Part shown: positions 1-11,108 of the stretch, in pieces
How positions within the stretch are numbered: the stretch's first letter is position 1
Layout: each line of letters starts with the position of its first letter
DNA from: a bacterium
GTDB taxonomy: Bacteria; UBA8248
DNA: 64,000 nucleotides
Direction: 5' to 3'
Assembly: GCA_965221165.1 (NCBI GenBank)
Contig: CBDCRP010000002.1
Coordinates: forward strand, 608,001 to 672,000
Translations under genes and position numbers: made by a program
Notes under the pieces: generated by a model
Databases searched by the model: none
What the model saw: only the letters and a program-made list of their open reading frames with translations
What the model was told of the DNA's origin: nothing

Positions 1-653
1 ACTTCCACGTTCGCCAGGAAAAGCTCGGCGGTGTTCGAACTGCGAAGCCCCAGCTTTCCGTGCATCGTCTTCGCCTCAAAGCCGGGCAGGCCGGTTTCGA
101 CTAAAAAAGCCGCCATCTTCCGGGGATTCTCGCGATCGGTCTGCGCGATCACCAACGCCAGTTGCGCAACGCCGCCGTTGCTGATCCATATCTTCTGCCC
201 GCTCAGCTTCCATCCACCCGGCGTCTTTTCCGCAAAGGTCTTCAAATGCTGCGCATCCGAGCCCACGTCCGGCTCCGTCAAGCCGAAACACCCAATCCAT
301 TCCGCCGCGCAGAGTTTCGGCAGATACTTTCTCTTCTGCGCCTCACTCCCCCATTTCAGGAGCGTGGTGGCGACGAGAGAGAGTTGCACCGACAAAACGG
401 TGCGCACCGAACTGCACGCCTTGCTTATTTCTTCATTCATGATGGCGTAGGAGATGTAGTCGAGGCCCGCGCCGCCGTATTCCTCAGGCACAGGCCCGCC
501 GAACATCCCCAACTCGCCCATTTCGGCGACGATATCGGCCGGGTACCTTTCTTTCTCGTCGTTCTCCCGGGCCACGGGCACGATTCGCCTCCGGGCGAAG
601 TCCGCCGCCGTCTCCTTGATCAGCCGCTGGGTTTCGTTGAGTTCAAAATCCAC
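1..653 (-). CDS. acyl-CoA dehydrogenase (runs off window start)
   Basis: Read manually on the minus strand from GTG at 653: MDFELNETQRLIKETAADFARRRIVP...GCFGLTEPDVGSD...LSGQKIWISNG...GKLGLRSSNTAEL; typical ACAD motifs; not in ORF track. Confidence 0.92.
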   Translation of the reverse strand, partial: MDFELNETQRLIKETAADFARRRIVPVARENDEKERYPADIVAEMGELGMFGGPVPEEYGGAGLDYISYAIMNEEISKACSSVRTVLSVQLSLVATTLLKWGSEAQKRKYLPKLCAAEWIGCFGLTEPDVGSDAQHLKTFAEKTPGGWKLSGQKIWISNGGVAQLALVIAQTDRENPRKMAAFLVETGLPGFEAKTMHGKLGLRSSNTAELFLANVE

Positions 654-674
654 TGTTGTCTCAGGATTTAGGCT

Positions 675-1532
675 TTAGGATTCATACGTGAAGAAACCGC
701 GGCCCGTCTTGCGGCCCAGGTGGCCCGCCCTGACCATCTTGCGCAACAAGAAGTTGGGCCGGTAGCGCGTATCACCCAGTTCGCGGTAGAGCGTCTCCGT
801 CTTGGCGAGGTGGATATCCACGCCGATCAAATCGATGAGCTCCAAAGGCCCCATGGGCAGGCCTGCGCCCATCTTCATCGCCTTGTCGATGTCCTCGGCC
901 GACGCCAGACCTCCTGCATAGACTTCCACCGCTTCGTTCAGCATCCCCGCCAGCACGCGGCTCCCGATGCCCGCCGGGCTGTCGAAATTCGCCATGACGG
1001 GCACCTTGCCGAGCCGCTCGGCGAGGTTGCGCACAGCCTCCACCGTCTCTTTCGAGGTGCCAAGGCCCGGCATGATCTCCACGAGCTTCATGACCACGGG
1101 CGGGTTGAAGAAATGAACGCCCACTACCTTCTCCGGCCTCGAGGTGGCCGCCGCCATCTCGGTGATGGATAGAGAGGTCGTATTCGATGCGAAAATCGCG
1201 CGCTCGGGCGCCGCTTCATCGAGAGCGGCCAATACTTCTTTTTTAATATCCATGTCCTCGAAAACCGCCTCGACGACGATGTCCACGTCCGAGGCCTTCG
1301 CATAACCCGCTCCCGGCGTGATGCGCGAGAAAATGGCGTCTTTATCCTCCGCGCTCATCTTCCCCTGCGCAACGCGCCTGGCGGCGCGCGATTCTAGACC
1401 CCCGAGAGCCTTCACCACCATCTCTTCGCTCAAGTCCGTCAAAACCACCGGAATCTCGTTTTGCGCAAAAATCTGGGCGATTCCCGCACCCATCGTGCCG
1501 GCGCCCACCACCATTGCTTTTTCTATTCCCAT
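675..1532 (-). CDS. hbd: 3-hydroxybutyryl-CoA / 3-hydroxyacyl-CoA dehydrogenase
   Basis: GAGTMGAG Rossmann motif, ASNTTSLS, GVHFFNPP, GRKTGRGFF. Confidence 0.9.
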   Translation of the reverse strand: MGIEKAMVVGAGTMGAGIAQIFAQNEIPVVLTDLSEEMVVKALGGLESRAARRVAQGKMSAEDKDAIFSRITPGAGYAKASDVDIVVEAVFEDMDIKKEVLAALDEAAPERAIFASNTTSLSITEMAAATSRPEKVVGVHFFNPPVVMKLVEIMPGLGTSKETVEAVRNLAERLGKVPVMANFDSPAGIGSRVLAGMLNEAVEVYAGGLASAEDIDKAMKMGAGLPMGPLELIDLIGVDIHLAKTETLYRELGDTRYRPNFLLRKMVRAGHLGRKTGRGFFTYES

Positions 1533-1572
1533 CTCACCCTCTAGTATTACCGAATCTTCAAGAAATTAGAGC

Positions 1573-2757
1573 CTACGCGACGCGCTCCAAAACGACGGCC
1601 ACTCCCTGGCCCCCGCCGATGCAGGCGCTGACGACGCCGAACCGCTCGCCCCTTTGCTCGAGCGCGCTCAGACAGGTGGCGATAATCTTTCCGCCCGTGG
1701 CGCCCACCGGATGACCGAGCGCAATGGCGCCGCCGTGCACGTTCAGTTTTTTTCTGTCCCACTCAAGTTCGCGCTCGCAAGCGATGACCTGGGCGGCGAA
1801 CGCCTCGTTCACCTCGATCAAATCCATGTCCGCAAGCGAAAGCCCCGCGCGTTCGAGGGCTTTGGGAATCGCGGTGACGGGGCCCAGCCCCATGTAGCGA
1901 GGCTCCACGCCCGTAGAAGCGTAACCGCGCAGGACGGCGATGGGTTTCGCGCCCAACTCGTCCGCCCTCTCCTTCGACGCCAGCACGAGGGCGGAGGCCG
2001 CATCCGCCTGACAGCACGAATTACCGGGGGTGACGGAACCGTTTTTATCGAAAACGGGCTTGAGCCTGCCGAGTTTTTCCATCGACATGCCGCTGCGCGG
2101 CGTCTCGTCCTTATCGAACACGTTCACCTCGCCTTTGCGCCCCTTGAGTTCGACCGGCACGATCTCCTGGGCGAACTTTCCGCCTTCGATGGCCGCCACG
2201 GCCTTCTCCTGGCTTTCGAGCGCGTACTCGTCCTGCTCCTCGCGGCTCAAGTTATATTTTTCCACCAGGTTCTCCGCCGTTACGCCCATGAGTTGTCCCG
2301 AAAGCGGATCCTCATAGCCGTCCTTGTAAATCAGATCCAGAAACTGCGCGTGCCCGAAGCGGTTCCCCCACCTCGCGCCCGGGTTCACGAAAGGCACGTT
2401 GGTCGTGCTTTCGGTGCCTCCGGCCAGGACGACATCCGCATCGCCCGCGCGAATCGCCTGCGCGGCCAGGGCGGCGGCCTTGATGCTCGAGCCGCAGCGC
2501 TTGTTGATCGTGTAGGCCGGCGTCTCCTTGGGAAGGCCCGCGCCCACCGAGATGAGCCGCGCGGAATTGGGCCCCACGCCCGCCTGCCAGCCGTGGCCGA
2601 TGATGGTCTCATCGAAATGTTCCGGCTCCACGCCCGATCTCTGAATGGCCTCTTTCGCAATGCGAACGCCCAACTCCGGGGCGGTCATACCTTTGAGCGC
2701 GCCGCCGAAGGCCCCGCCCGGAGAACGAACGCTGCTGAGAATGACGACGTCTTTCAT
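1573..2757 (-). CDS. acetyl-CoA C-acyltransferase (thiolase)
   Basis: NKRCGSS active Cys, NEAFAAQ, GGAIALGHPVGATG, CIGGGQG; start MKDVVI chosen. Confidence 0.93.
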   Translation of the reverse strand: MKDVVILSSVRSPGGAFGGALKGMTAPELGVRIAKEAIQRSGVEPEHFDETIIGHGWQAGVGPNSARLISVGAGLPKETPAYTINKRCGSSIKAAALAAQAIRAGDADVVLAGGTESTTNVPFVNPGARWGNRFGHAQFLDLIYKDGYEDPLSGQLMGVTAENLVEKYNLSREEQDEYALESQEKAVAAIEGGKFAQEIVPVELKGRKGEVNVFDKDETPRSGMSMEKLGRLKPVFDKNGSVTPGNSCCQADAASALVLASKERADELGAKPIAVLRGYASTGVEPRYMGLGPVTAIPKALERAGLSLADMDLIEVNEAFAAQVIACERELEWDRKKLNVHGGAIALGHPVGATGGKIIATCLSALEQRGERFGVVSACIGGGQGVAVVLERVA

Positions 2758-2964
2758 ATAAACCCTCAATTTTCAAAGAGATAGATTTCTCTTCCCTCAA
2801 AAGGCTCAAAACCCAGGAAAGAGAAGTCAAATTTCAGAAATGGTATTTCCATCCGTCAGGGGTTCTTATGGCATATCTCGAACGCGATAGGCAAGGAATG
2901 ATGTGCCTTGGGACCAAGTGACGTCTGACGGGGCCTGGGATTGAAACATCTGAAAGCAATCTTG

Positions 2965-3930
2965 TTACTGACGCAAATCTTCAAGCAGTCCCAAAAAATC
3001 CGCAGGGAGTTCGGCCACCAACTCCCGCTCATCTCCTCGGGTGGGATGGCGGAAACACAACCTGTGCGCATGGAGCGCCTGCCTGTCGATAAGACTCGGG
3101 CGATTCGGTTTTGTTTTCTTGCGCGGCCCTCTCGGCAACCGGCCCGGGCCGTACACCGGGTCTCCCAATACGGGATGCCCGATGTGGCTCATGTGCACCC
3201 TGATCTGATGGGTTCTGCCCGTCTCCAGCGTGACGCCCAAAAGCGATGCCTCCCTGAGCACCTCGCGCACCGCGTAGTGAGTCACCGCGCGGCGGCCGCT
3301 CCCCACGACCGCCATGGCCGTTCGATGGGCCGGATGCCGGCCGATGGGGGCGTCTATCGTCCCCTCTCCCCGCGCGGGCACGCCCCGGACGATGGCCAGA
3401 TAGTGGCGGTGAATACGGCGCGCCTTTAAGTCGGCGGAGAGTTTTCTGTGCGCCGGGTCCGTTTTCGCCGCGATCAGAAGGCCCGACGTATCCTTGTCGA
3501 GCCGGTGAACGATACCCGGTCTCTCCACCCCGCCGATGCCCGAAAGCTGTCCCCTGCAGTGATGCAGAAGAGCTGCGGCCAGGGTCCCCTTGCGCCGACC
3601 GGCGCCCGGATGCACCACCATGCCGGGCGGCTTGTTGACCACGAGAAGATGCGCATCTTCGTATCGAACATCAAGCGGAATGTCTTCGGCCTCGATGTGG
3701 GAGGGTTCAGGCGGGGGGACCCTCACCAGAACGCGCGCTCCGCTTTCGATACCATGCGCCGTTTTCTTCTCCACCTTGTCATTGATGGAGACCATGCCGT
3801 CTCTGATGAGCCCCTGCACGCGGGAGCGGGAGAGTTCCTTGAGGTTTTTCGCCAGAAACGAATCGACCCGCTTGGCGCCCTCATGGCAGGTCAACGCATA
3901 GGTTTTCTCGCCCCCGTCTCCCATACTCAT
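2965..3930 (-). CDS. rluD: RluA-family 23S rRNA pseudouridine synthase with S4 domain
   Basis: VNKPPGMVVHPG, GIVHRLDKDTSG, LETGRTHQIRVH, QALHA; ATGA overlap with upstream stop. Confidence 0.9.
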   Translation of the reverse strand: MSMGDGGEKTYALTCHEGAKRVDSFLAKNLKELSRSRVQGLIRDGMVSINDKVEKKTAHGIESGARVLVRVPPPEPSHIEAEDIPLDVRYEDAHLLVVNKPPGMVVHPGAGRRKGTLAAALLHHCRGQLSGIGGVERPGIVHRLDKDTSGLLIAAKTDPAHRKLSADLKARRIHRHYLAIVRGVPARGEGTIDAPIGRHPAHRTAMAVVGSGRRAVTHYAVREVLREASLLGVTLETGRTHQIRVHMSHIGHPVLGDPVYGPGRLPRGPRKKTKPNRPSLIDRQALHAHRLCFRHPTRGDERELVAELPADFLGLLEDLRQ

Positions 3931-4475
3931 ACCTTGAGGAGAGTGCCGATGAGGCGCGTTCTGGGATAGAGCGTTCCCCGAACCTGATCGCCCGGAGCCA
4001 GGAGGTCGTGATAGCCCCGCGCGGCCAGAAACCAACCTTCCTTAACGATTTTTCCGCTCCCCAGAGTCAGCGGGCGCATCCCCACGCCGCGAACGATTTT
4101 GAGATAATACTTCTCTTCCAGGAAAGCCAGTTTGTTCCAGAAGATATAAGAGGCTTTGGACGCCACCCGGCCCTCGAAGCTCACGGGTTCGCCCATCAGA
4201 TCTCTGAGCGCGCGCGAGGTTCTCCAGAACGTATAGGCGAGAAAAGCGCCCAGAACCGAAACAGCGGCGTAGAAAATCGCCTCCTGCTCGATGGGACGCT
4301 GCGCGACCAGAAACCCCAAGCCCGCAATACACGCCAGAGAAACCACGCCCCAGAAGACAGACGTGTTCCACAAATAATGGCGCGCATAGCCGCGCGCTCT
4401 TGTCGCCGAACCTATCGAGGGATTGTTTTGGCTCGAATGGGAGCCCGAAAACGAGAAAGGGCCCAGCATCTCCAC
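3927..4475 (-). CDS. hypothetical membrane protein (2 TM)
   Basis: 182-aa ORF with two hydrophobic segments, in operon position between lspA and rluD with stop/start overlap. Confidence 0.6.
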   Translation of the reverse strand: MEMLGPFSFSGSHSSQNNPSIGSATRARGYARHYLWNTSVFWGVVSLACIAGLGFLVAQRPIEQEAIFYAAVSVLGAFLAYTFWRTSRALRDLMGEPVSFEGRVASKASYIFWNKLAFLEEKYYLKIVRGVGMRPLTLGSGKIVKEGWFLAARGYHDLLAPGDQVRGTLYPRTRLIGTLLKV

Positions 4476-4514
4476 CCCTCCAGAAAAAATCGACCGGCGC
4501 GCGCAATGCCTCGC

Positions 4515-5024
4515 CTATCCGCCCTTCCCCGTCGATGCGGGTTCAGCCGGACCCCGAAGCAAGTCGACTATCATCAGTCCGACCCCGACCGTGATGCCTG
4601 AATCCGCGAGGTTGAACGCAGGCCAATGGTATTGCCCGTAATAAAAGAGTAGATAATCGATCACCTCGCCATAGGCGACCCTGTCGACCAGGTTTCCCAG
4701 ACCGCCGCCGAAAACGAGAAAAAGACCCGCTCTCCCCCAGGGACTCGCCAGCTGATGATGCCGATACAGATAGAACACGAACAACAAAGCCGCCAAAGTG
4801 GCGCAGATGAAAAACAGGCGCCCCCACAGGGGAGGCAGGCCGTCGAGAATGCTGAACGCACCGCCGGAATTTCTGAGATATATGAGGCTAAAAAAACCCG
4901 GAACCACGGTGAGCGACTCGCCGAGACTGAGCGTTTTATCGACTATTTGTTTGATCGCCTGATCGGCCAAGGCGAAAAAGGCGGCGAAGAGAAAAAACGG
5001 CTTGAGCCCCCGCCTTTGGCTCAC
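4515..5024 (-). CDS. lspA: signal peptidase II
   Basis: [35 protein letters not shown]; GTGA overlap with ileS stop. Confidence 0.93.
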   Translation of the reverse strand: MSQRRGLKPFFLFAAFFALADQAIKQIVDKTLSLGESLTVVPGFFSLIYLRNSGGAFSILDGLPPLWGRLFFICATLAALLFVFYLYRHHQLASPWGRAGLFLVFGGGLGNLVDRVAYGEVIDYLLFYYGQYHWPAFNLADSGITVGVGLMIVDLLRGPAEPASTGKGG

Positions 5025-7876
5025 AAAAGCACCTTCTCGGCGATGCGGGCGCAACGCGCCGAAAGATCGGGGAAGCGGGGGTCCGAACCCACGTCTTCTG
5101 AAACTTTCCACGACATGGCGCACTTCGCCCCACGCGCCTCGCTCACCTCGACGGCCAGGCCCTCTACCTCCTCGCTGCGGTAGGCATCGCCTAAAGGCGC
5201 CTCACCTTCACCTGCGAGCGCGGCGCCCGAGACGATGAATACGTCTTCCATCTCGGGCTCCAAGGCCACGAGCTTCTCGCGCATCTTCTCCTCAGCGAAG
5301 AGCCTCACGCTGAAATTGAGCGAACTTCCCTTGCCCTTTTCCTGATTCTGGCGGACGAGTTCGAGCGCCTTGAGCACCTCGCCCCTCGCGCGCATGAGCG
5401 GCTCCCACTTCTCCTCCAGCATCTCGTCGCGCCGCGCGGCGTCGACTTCGGGCAAAGAGGCCAGGTGAACGCTCTCGCCGTGTAATTTCGGCGTGAGCAG
5501 ATACGCTTCTTCCGCCGTGAAGGGCAGAAGCGGGGCCATCATCCGGAGCAGCGCATCCAGAACCTCGTGCATGGTGCTCAAGCCCGATATTCTGTCCACA
5601 TCATCGGGCAGCGAGATGTAGAGCCTGTCTTTAAGCACGTCGAGATAGAACGAAGACAAATCGACCGCGCAGAAGTTGTTGAGCGCGTGGTAGACGGCGT
5701 GAAACTCATAATCGGCATACGCCGTGCGCACGCGCTCGACGAGCTTGTCCAGGCGGCTGATGATGAGCCTGTCGATCTCCATGCGCTGGGGCAGCGGAAC
5801 CGCGTCTTTCCCGGGGTCGAAACTCTCATAGTCCCTCAAATTGCCCAGCAGGAAGCGGCACGTATTTCTTATCCGGCGGTAGGCCTCGGCCATGCGGTCC
5901 AGAATTTGCGGGGAAATACGGATGTCTTCCCTGTAATTCTCTCCCGCCACCCAAAGCCTTAGGATTTCAGCGCCGTATTTCTCGATGATCTGCTCGGGCG
6001 CAATCGTGTTGCCCAGGGATTTGCTCATCTTCTTGCCCTTGCCGTCCACCACGTAGCCGTGGGTGAGCACCTCCCGGTAGGGCGCGGCGTCGCGCACGCC
6101 CACGGCGGCGAGCAAGGAGCTGTGGAACCACCCCCGATGCTGATCGCTGCCTTCTAAATACATATCCGCAGGCCACGTGAGTTCTTCTCTTTTTTCCATG
6201 ACGGCCGCCTGGCTCACGCCCGAGTCGAACCACACGTCGAGAATGTCGGTCTCTTTCCTGAAAGAGGCACCTCCGCATTCGGGACACTTGTAATCAGGCG
6301 GCAGCAGTACGCCCGATTGTTTTTCGAACCATACGTCCGCGCCGCCATCTTCCATCAAATCCGCCACCCGGTGCGCTACCTCCGCATCCACGACAACGTG
6401 CGCGCAACCCTCGCAATGAAAGGCCACGATGGGTACCCCCCAGGAGCGCTGGCGCGAGATGCACCAATCCGGCCTGTTCTCCACCATCCCGTAGATGCGC
6501 TCCTCACCCCAGGGCGGCACCCAGGCGACTTTACGAATCTCCTCGAGCGAGCGTTTTCTCAAGTCGTCATGCTCCATCGAGATGAACCACTGGGGCGTCG
6601 CGCGGAAGATGGTCGGCCTGTGGCTGCGCCAATCGTGCGGATAGGGGTGGGTGTAATCCTCCACCGTGAACAAGCGATCCAAATCGCGCAGATGCTCAAT
6701 GATGTTCGGGTCCGCGTCGAAGACGAACTGGCCGGCGAAATGCGCCACGTCGTCGGTGAATTTTCCGTCATCCGCTATGGGGCTGTAGACTTCGAGGCCG
6801 TATTTGAGACCGGTCTCATAGTCCTCGCGTCCGTGGCCGGGGGCGGTGTGCACGACACCCGTTCCCTGCTCGAGGGTCACATAATCGGCCACCACGACGA
6901 GCGAGTCGCGCTCCACCCAGGGATGCCGCGCGCGCAAGCCCTCGATCTGCCCCCCCTGAAAGCTCGCCACCTTCTCGAACGAGGCGCTCGCCCCCTCTTT
7001 TTCCGCCAACTCCTTGAGCCGGGGCAGGAAATACTCATGGAATATGAGGAGTTCGTCCCCATGGCGGAATACGCCGTATTCCAAAGACTCACCGAACGCC
7101 AGCGCCAGGTTGGCGGGCAGCGTCCAGGGCGTCGTCGTCCAGATGAGAACGTTTACTTGCGAACCTTCGGCGGCCCCGCCCAAACCGGGGATCTTCTCCG
7201 CCCAACCCGGGAATTGATCCTCGGCAATGGGAAATTTCACATAGATGCTCGGCGTGGTGACGTCCTCATACTCGACTTCCGCCTCGGCCAGCGCCGTTCT
7301 CAGGCCCGGCGCCCAGTGCACGGGTTTTAAGCCCAGATACACGCCGCCTCGCTCGATGAAGCGCGCCAGTTCGCGCACGGTGGCGGCCTCGTAGTCGTAG
7401 CTCATGGTGAGGTATGGCCGCTCCCAGTCACCGAAAACGCCCAGGCGCTTGAACTCATCCCGTTGGATGTCGATGTATTTTTCGGCGTATTCGCGGCACA
7501 TCTTGCGCTTTTGCACCGCGTCGATCTCGAAGCGCTTGCGGCCGAGTTCCTTGTCCACTTGGTGTTCGATCGGCAGTCCGTGGCAATCCCATCCCGGCAC
7601 GTAGACGGCGTCGAAACCGGCCATCTGCTTCGATTTCACCACGACGTCCTTCAGAATCTTGTTCAGCACCGTGCCCAGATGAATATGCCCGTTCGCATAG
7701 GGGGGGCCGTCGTGCAGAATGTATTTCGTCCGGCCCTGCGATGCGTCTCTTATCTTCGCGTAAATGTCCTGCTCCTCCCAGGCGTCGAGCATCTGCGGCT
7801 CGCGCCGGGGCAGGTTCCCCTTCATGGGAAACGAGGTTTTGGGCAGGTTCAACAGTTCCTTGTAATTCGTCGCCAT
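5021..7876 (-). CDS. ileS: isoleucine--tRNA ligase
   Basis: [14 protein letters not shown] (HIGH), [20 protein letters not shown]. Confidence 0.97.
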   Translation of the reverse strand: MATNYKELLNLPKTSFPMKGNLPRREPQMLDAWEEQDIYAKIRDASQGRTKYILHDGPPYANGHIHLGTVLNKILKDVVVKSKQMAGFDAVYVPGWDCHGLPIEHQVDKELGRKRFEIDAVQKRKMCREYAEKYIDIQRDEFKRLGVFGDWERPYLTMSYDYEAATVRELARFIERGGVYLGLKPVHWAPGLRTALAEAEVEYEDVTTPSIYVKFPIAEDQFPGWAEKIPGLGGAAEGSQVNVLIWTTTPWTLPANLALAFGESLEYGVFRHGDELLIFHEYFLPRLKELAEKEGASASFEKVASFQGGQIEGLRARHPWVERDSLVVVADYVTLEQGTGVVHTAPGHGREDYETGLKYGLEVYSPIADDGKFTDDVAHFAGQFVFDADPNIIEHLRDLDRLFTVEDYTHPYPHDWRSHRPTIFRATPQWFISMEHDDLRKRSLEEIRKVAWVPPWGEERIYGMVENRPDWCISRQRSWGVPIVAFHCEGCAHVVVDAEVAHRVADLMEDGGADVWFEKQSGVLLPPDYKCPECGGASFRKETDILDVWFDSGVSQAAVMEKREELTWPADMYLEGSDQHRGWFHSSLLAAVGVRDAAPYREVLTHGYVVDGKGKKMSKSLGNTIAPEQIIEKYGAEILRLWVAGENYREDIRISPQILDRMAEAYRRIRNTCRFLLGNLRDYESFDPGKDAVPLPQRMEIDRLIISRLDKLVERVRTAYADYEFHAVYHALNNFCAVDLSSFYLDVLKDRLYISLPDDVDRISGLSTMHEVLDALLRMMAPLLPFTAEEAYLLTPKLHGESVHLASLPEVDAARRDEMLEEKWEPLMRARGEVLKALELVRQNQEKGKGSSLNFSVRLFAEEKMREKLVALEPEMEDVFIVSGAALAGEGEAPLGDAYRSEEVEGLAVEVSEARGAKCAMSWKVSEDVGSDPRFPDLSARCARIAEKVLL

Positions 7877-7891
7877 TCTCTCATCCAACCT

Positions 7892-8929
7892 TTACGATTT
7901 TTTCACTGCCGATACGGGCGCTGCGGGGAATCCCGCCGCCTCCCTCACCAAACGCATCGTTGTTTGCGCTTCCGCCCTGGCCTTTGCGCCGCCTTCGGCC
8001 AGAACGTCTTCTACATAGTCAATATCCTGTTCCAGGCGTTTTCTTTCCTCCCGGTAAGGCGCAAAATACGCATCCATCTTCTCGAAGAGAATCTGCTTCG
8101 CGTTGCCGTAGCCGAACCCGGGCGTGCGGTATTTGTCTCGCAATTCTTCTTGCTCCGCCTCGTCTGAAAACAACTGAAAAAGGGAGAACACATGGCAGGC
8201 GTCGGGGTCTTTGGGTACTTCGAGCGGCGTGGAGTCGGTGACGATAGACATCACGCGTTTTCTAAGGCGTTTGCCCTCCTCGAAAATCTCTATCGTGTTG
8301 TCGTAGCTCTTGCTCATCTTCTGGCCGTCGAGGCCCGGCACCTTGGCCCCCGCATCGAGCCTGACGGTGGGCAGGGGGAAGATTTCCCCATAGGTGTTGT
8401 TGAACGCCAGGGCCATGTCCCTGGTCATTTCGAGATGCTGAACCTGGTCTTCTCCCACGGGAACGATGGTGGAGCGGTAGATCAGGATGTCGGCGGCCAT
8501 GAGCATCGGATAATAGTAAAGCCCCATCGAGGGGGTGATGCCTCTCGACACCTTGTCCTTGAAGGAAGTGGCGCGATCCAAAAGCCCCTTTCCCGTGACG
8601 GCGGAGAGCATCCAGGCCAGTTCGTTCACCTCGGGCACGTCGGATTGGCGGAAGAAAACCGCCTTTTTCGGGTCGAGTCCCAGGGCGAGGTAGTCCATCG
8701 CCACGGCAAGCGTCTGCTCCGCCAACAAGTCCTTGTCCTGCACCGTCGTCATGGCGTGGTAGTTCGCGATGAAGTAGAACGCTTCGGCCTCTTCCTGAAG
8801 TGCGATGTGCTGTTTGAGCGCGCCGAAATAGTTGCCCAGGTGCAGTTTTCCCGAAGGCTGCACGCCGGAGAGAAACCGCGTGGGTCGGCTTTTCTGCTCT
8901 TGACTATCCGTCATCTGAGTGTCCTTCAT
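7892..8929 (-). CDS. trpS: tryptophan--tRNA ligase
   Basis: SGVQPSGKLHLGNY, YPMLMAADIL, VPVGEDQ, KMSKS. Confidence 0.96.
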   Translation of the reverse strand: MKDTQMTDSQEQKSRPTRFLSGVQPSGKLHLGNYFGALKQHIALQEEAEAFYFIANYHAMTTVQDKDLLAEQTLAVAMDYLALGLDPKKAVFFRQSDVPEVNELAWMLSAVTGKGLLDRATSFKDKVSRGITPSMGLYYYPMLMAADILIYRSTIVPVGEDQVQHLEMTRDMALAFNNTYGEIFPLPTVRLDAGAKVPGLDGQKMSKSYDNTIEIFEEGKRLRKRVMSIVTDSTPLEVPKDPDACHVFSLFQLFSDEAEQEELRDKYRTPGFGYGNAKQILFEKMDAYFAPYREERKRLEQDIDYVEDVLAEGGAKARAEAQTTMRLVREAAGFPAAPVSAVKKS

Positions 8930-8951
8930 CCGTATGCCGGCAAGAAACCCT

Positions 8952-9623
8952 CTACGCCAAACCGAAGATTCTGAGAAGATTTATCACAAAAACCTGCTCG
9001 GCCGTAGCCAGAGCGATGAAAATCGGCATCATGATCTTGTGCAGCCATCCCAGCAACAACAAACCCAGCACGATGAAAAAACCGAACGGCTCCATGCGCG
9101 AGTATTGCCACGCCATGCGCCTCGGCAGCAGCCCCGTCACGATCCTTCCCCCGTCGAAGGGAAGGATGGGAATCAGGTTGAACGCCGCGAGCGCGGTGTT
9201 GATGGTGAAGCTCGCTCGCAGCACGAGCAGGAGCGGCTCGCCCACGAAGCTCGCGCCCAGTCCCCAGCGGCGCATAAGATGAAACAGAAAAGCGCTCAAG
9301 ATGGCCAATATGAAATTCGCCGCCGGCCCCGCAAGCGCCACCCACATCATCGCGCGCCTCGGGTGCCGGAAATTGCGCGGATTCACCGGCACAGGCTTCG
9401 CCCAACCGAAGCCCACGCCCCCCACCATGGAGATGACGAAGGCGAGCGTTCCCATCGGGTCGAGATGGACGATGGGATTTAAGTTCAGGCGGCCCAGCAT
9501 GCGCGCGGTGTCGTCGCCCAGCTTGTCGGCCACCCAGCCGTGGGCCACCTCGTGGAAGGTGAGCGCAAGCAAAATGGCCGGTATCGCAATCAGCAACTGC
9601 TGAATGAAATCGGATGAGAACAA
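8952..9623 (-). CDS. site-2 protease family (M50) membrane metallopeptidase
   Basis: HEVAH zinc motif, FGWAKPVPVN, FNLIPILPFDG. Confidence 0.92.
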   Translation of the reverse strand: MFSSDFIQQLLIAIPAILLALTFHEVAHGWVADKLGDDTARMLGRLNLNPIVHLDPMGTLAFVISMVGGVGFGWAKPVPVNPRNFRHPRRAMMWVALAGPAANFILAILSAFLFHLMRRWGLGASFVGEPLLLVLRASFTINTALAAFNLIPILPFDGGRIVTGLLPRRMAWQYSRMEPFGFFIVLGLLLLGWLHKIMMPIFIALATAEQVFVINLLRIFGLA

Positions 9624-9805
9624 GACAGTCCCTTACCGCGCCAAGAGAATCGACAGTGAAGCAGGCGACACGAACCCGGAAATTTCCGGCGGCGGGCGTA
9701 ACCCCGGAAACTTCCGGCGGCGAAAGTTTCACCCCGCAAACCCGCTGGATTCTATGGGCTTGGGCGGAGAGGGTCAAACGCGAAACGCGCCGTGAAACAT
9801 CAGCT

Positions 9806-10366
9806 TTAAGACTTTCCCGCCTTGCCGAATTCATCCCGGAAGAAAATCTCGGCGGGGTCTTTGCGCGCGGGCGGCTTGTTGTCCTTCGCCTGCACGTCGG
9901 GATGTAAATCCTCGGTCTTGCCCGGATAGCCCACGGCGAACAAGGCCGCGACGCGAAACGGCTCCGGAATGCCGAAGTTATCGAGCACCTTCGGCTCATC
10001 CCACCCCGCCATCGCGTGAACGGTCAAGCCGAAATCACTGCCCTGGAGCAGGAGATTCTCGAGCGCCATGCCGACGTCGAGCAGGTAGCGATCCTGCCCG
10101 AAGCGCTCTGGCTGTTCTTCGGGGTTTCCGATGATGATCATCTTGAGCGGGGCCGCGGTCGCCCACTGGCGGTTTCCTTCGTTCAGGCATTCGTTGAACT
10201 TCGCTTGCGCCTCTTCGGATTCCACGACGATGACGCGCCAGGGCTGGCGATTGTTCGAGGACGGCGCCCAGCGGAACGCCTCGAGCATGGCTTCGAGCTT
10301 TTCCGCCTCGGGCGGCACGCCGTTGAAAGCGCGCAGGCTCCTGCGGTTCTTGATGAGTGGGTGCAT
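9806..10366 (-). CDS. nitroreductase family protein
   Basis: RRSLRAF, WAPSSNNRQPW; AGGAGG RBS before MHPLIK. Confidence 0.9.
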   Translation of the reverse strand: MHPLIKNRRSLRAFNGVPPEAEKLEAMLEAFRWAPSSNNRQPWRVIVVESEEAQAKFNECLNEGNRQWATAAPLKMIIIGNPEEQPERFGQDRYLLDVGMALENLLLQGSDFGLTVHAMAGWDEPKVLDNFGIPEPFRVAALFAVGYPGKTEDLHPDVQAKDNKPPARKDPAEIFFRDEFGKAGKS

Positions 10367-10447
10367 CTGTTGACTTCCTCCTGAATGAATAAAAAAGACC
10401 AAAACAAAAAGGAACTATACACAACATTGCTCACGAAGTGCTGTAAC

Positions 10448-10936
10448 TTAGTTAGCCTTTAACTTCAGCCACTTAATGGATTGAAGTTTCTCGAATTTCG
10501 CTTTGGCAGCATCTAGAGACATCTCTGTTGTAGGCCACAGTCCATCAGGAAGAACAATATATACCGCTTTCCCATTGTTTTTGATGGCCTGGAGCGAATT
10601 CGTATGATACCAATCTAAAGCATCGAATATTTCCTTCTTGTGGTCATGGGATAAATCCAACATCCACTTTTCCAAAGCGACCCCCAATTTCTTTATCATG
10701 TTGTTGTACTGTGCGGCACGGAGAGCGTTTGCAGAAGACGTTGCATTCATGCCCTTGTGGAATGTATCCGTAGCCTCCATTACACGTTTCCTTCCTTCTA
10801 TCAATACCTCCCGTATGTATTTCACATCTTGACGCCTTGCCCACCACTGGCGAATGCACTTCGCAATACCTAGGATAGCTGTAGCCGTCAGAGCAGCAAT
10901 CACACCAGCGAAGGCACTCTGTACTATTGATTCCAT
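10448..10936 (-). CDS. hypothetical protein with N-terminal TM helix, AT-rich
   Basis: Open frame in a visibly AT-richer patch; GGAG RBS before MESIVQ (alternative start 11008). Confidence 0.6.
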   Translation of the reverse strand: MESIVQSAFAGVIAALTATAILGIAKCIRQWWARRQDVKYIREVLIEGRKRVMEATDTFHKGMNATSSANALRAAQYNNMIKKLGVALEKWMLDLSHDHKKEIFDALDWYHTNSLQAIKNNGKAVYIVLPDGLWPTTEMSLDAAKAKFEKLQSIKWLKLKAN

Positions 10937-11108
10937 TTGTTTCTCCGTAGTCGTGCTACTCACTACTAATGACACGATGGCATGGATGCTATTGTATATA
11001 ATTCCCATAAAAAACCTCTTGCAAATAGTAACGTCTATATGGGAGCGTCCGGCTTGATACCACTATCCGCGGTGCATGGTAGCCGCATCGGGATTTCGTC
11101 GGAAGTAT

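Noticed and set aside
2852-2947. Hairpin (ccgtcag/ctgacgg) ending in GGGATTGAAAC, resembling a CRISPR repeat end or small RNA
   Set aside because: Single occurrence, no second repeat and no recognisable RNA family
10440-11060. Integron attC-like GTT/AAC motifs around the AT-rich orphan gene
   Set aside because: Core sites do not fit GTTRRRY/RYYYAAC and no attC hairpin could be built
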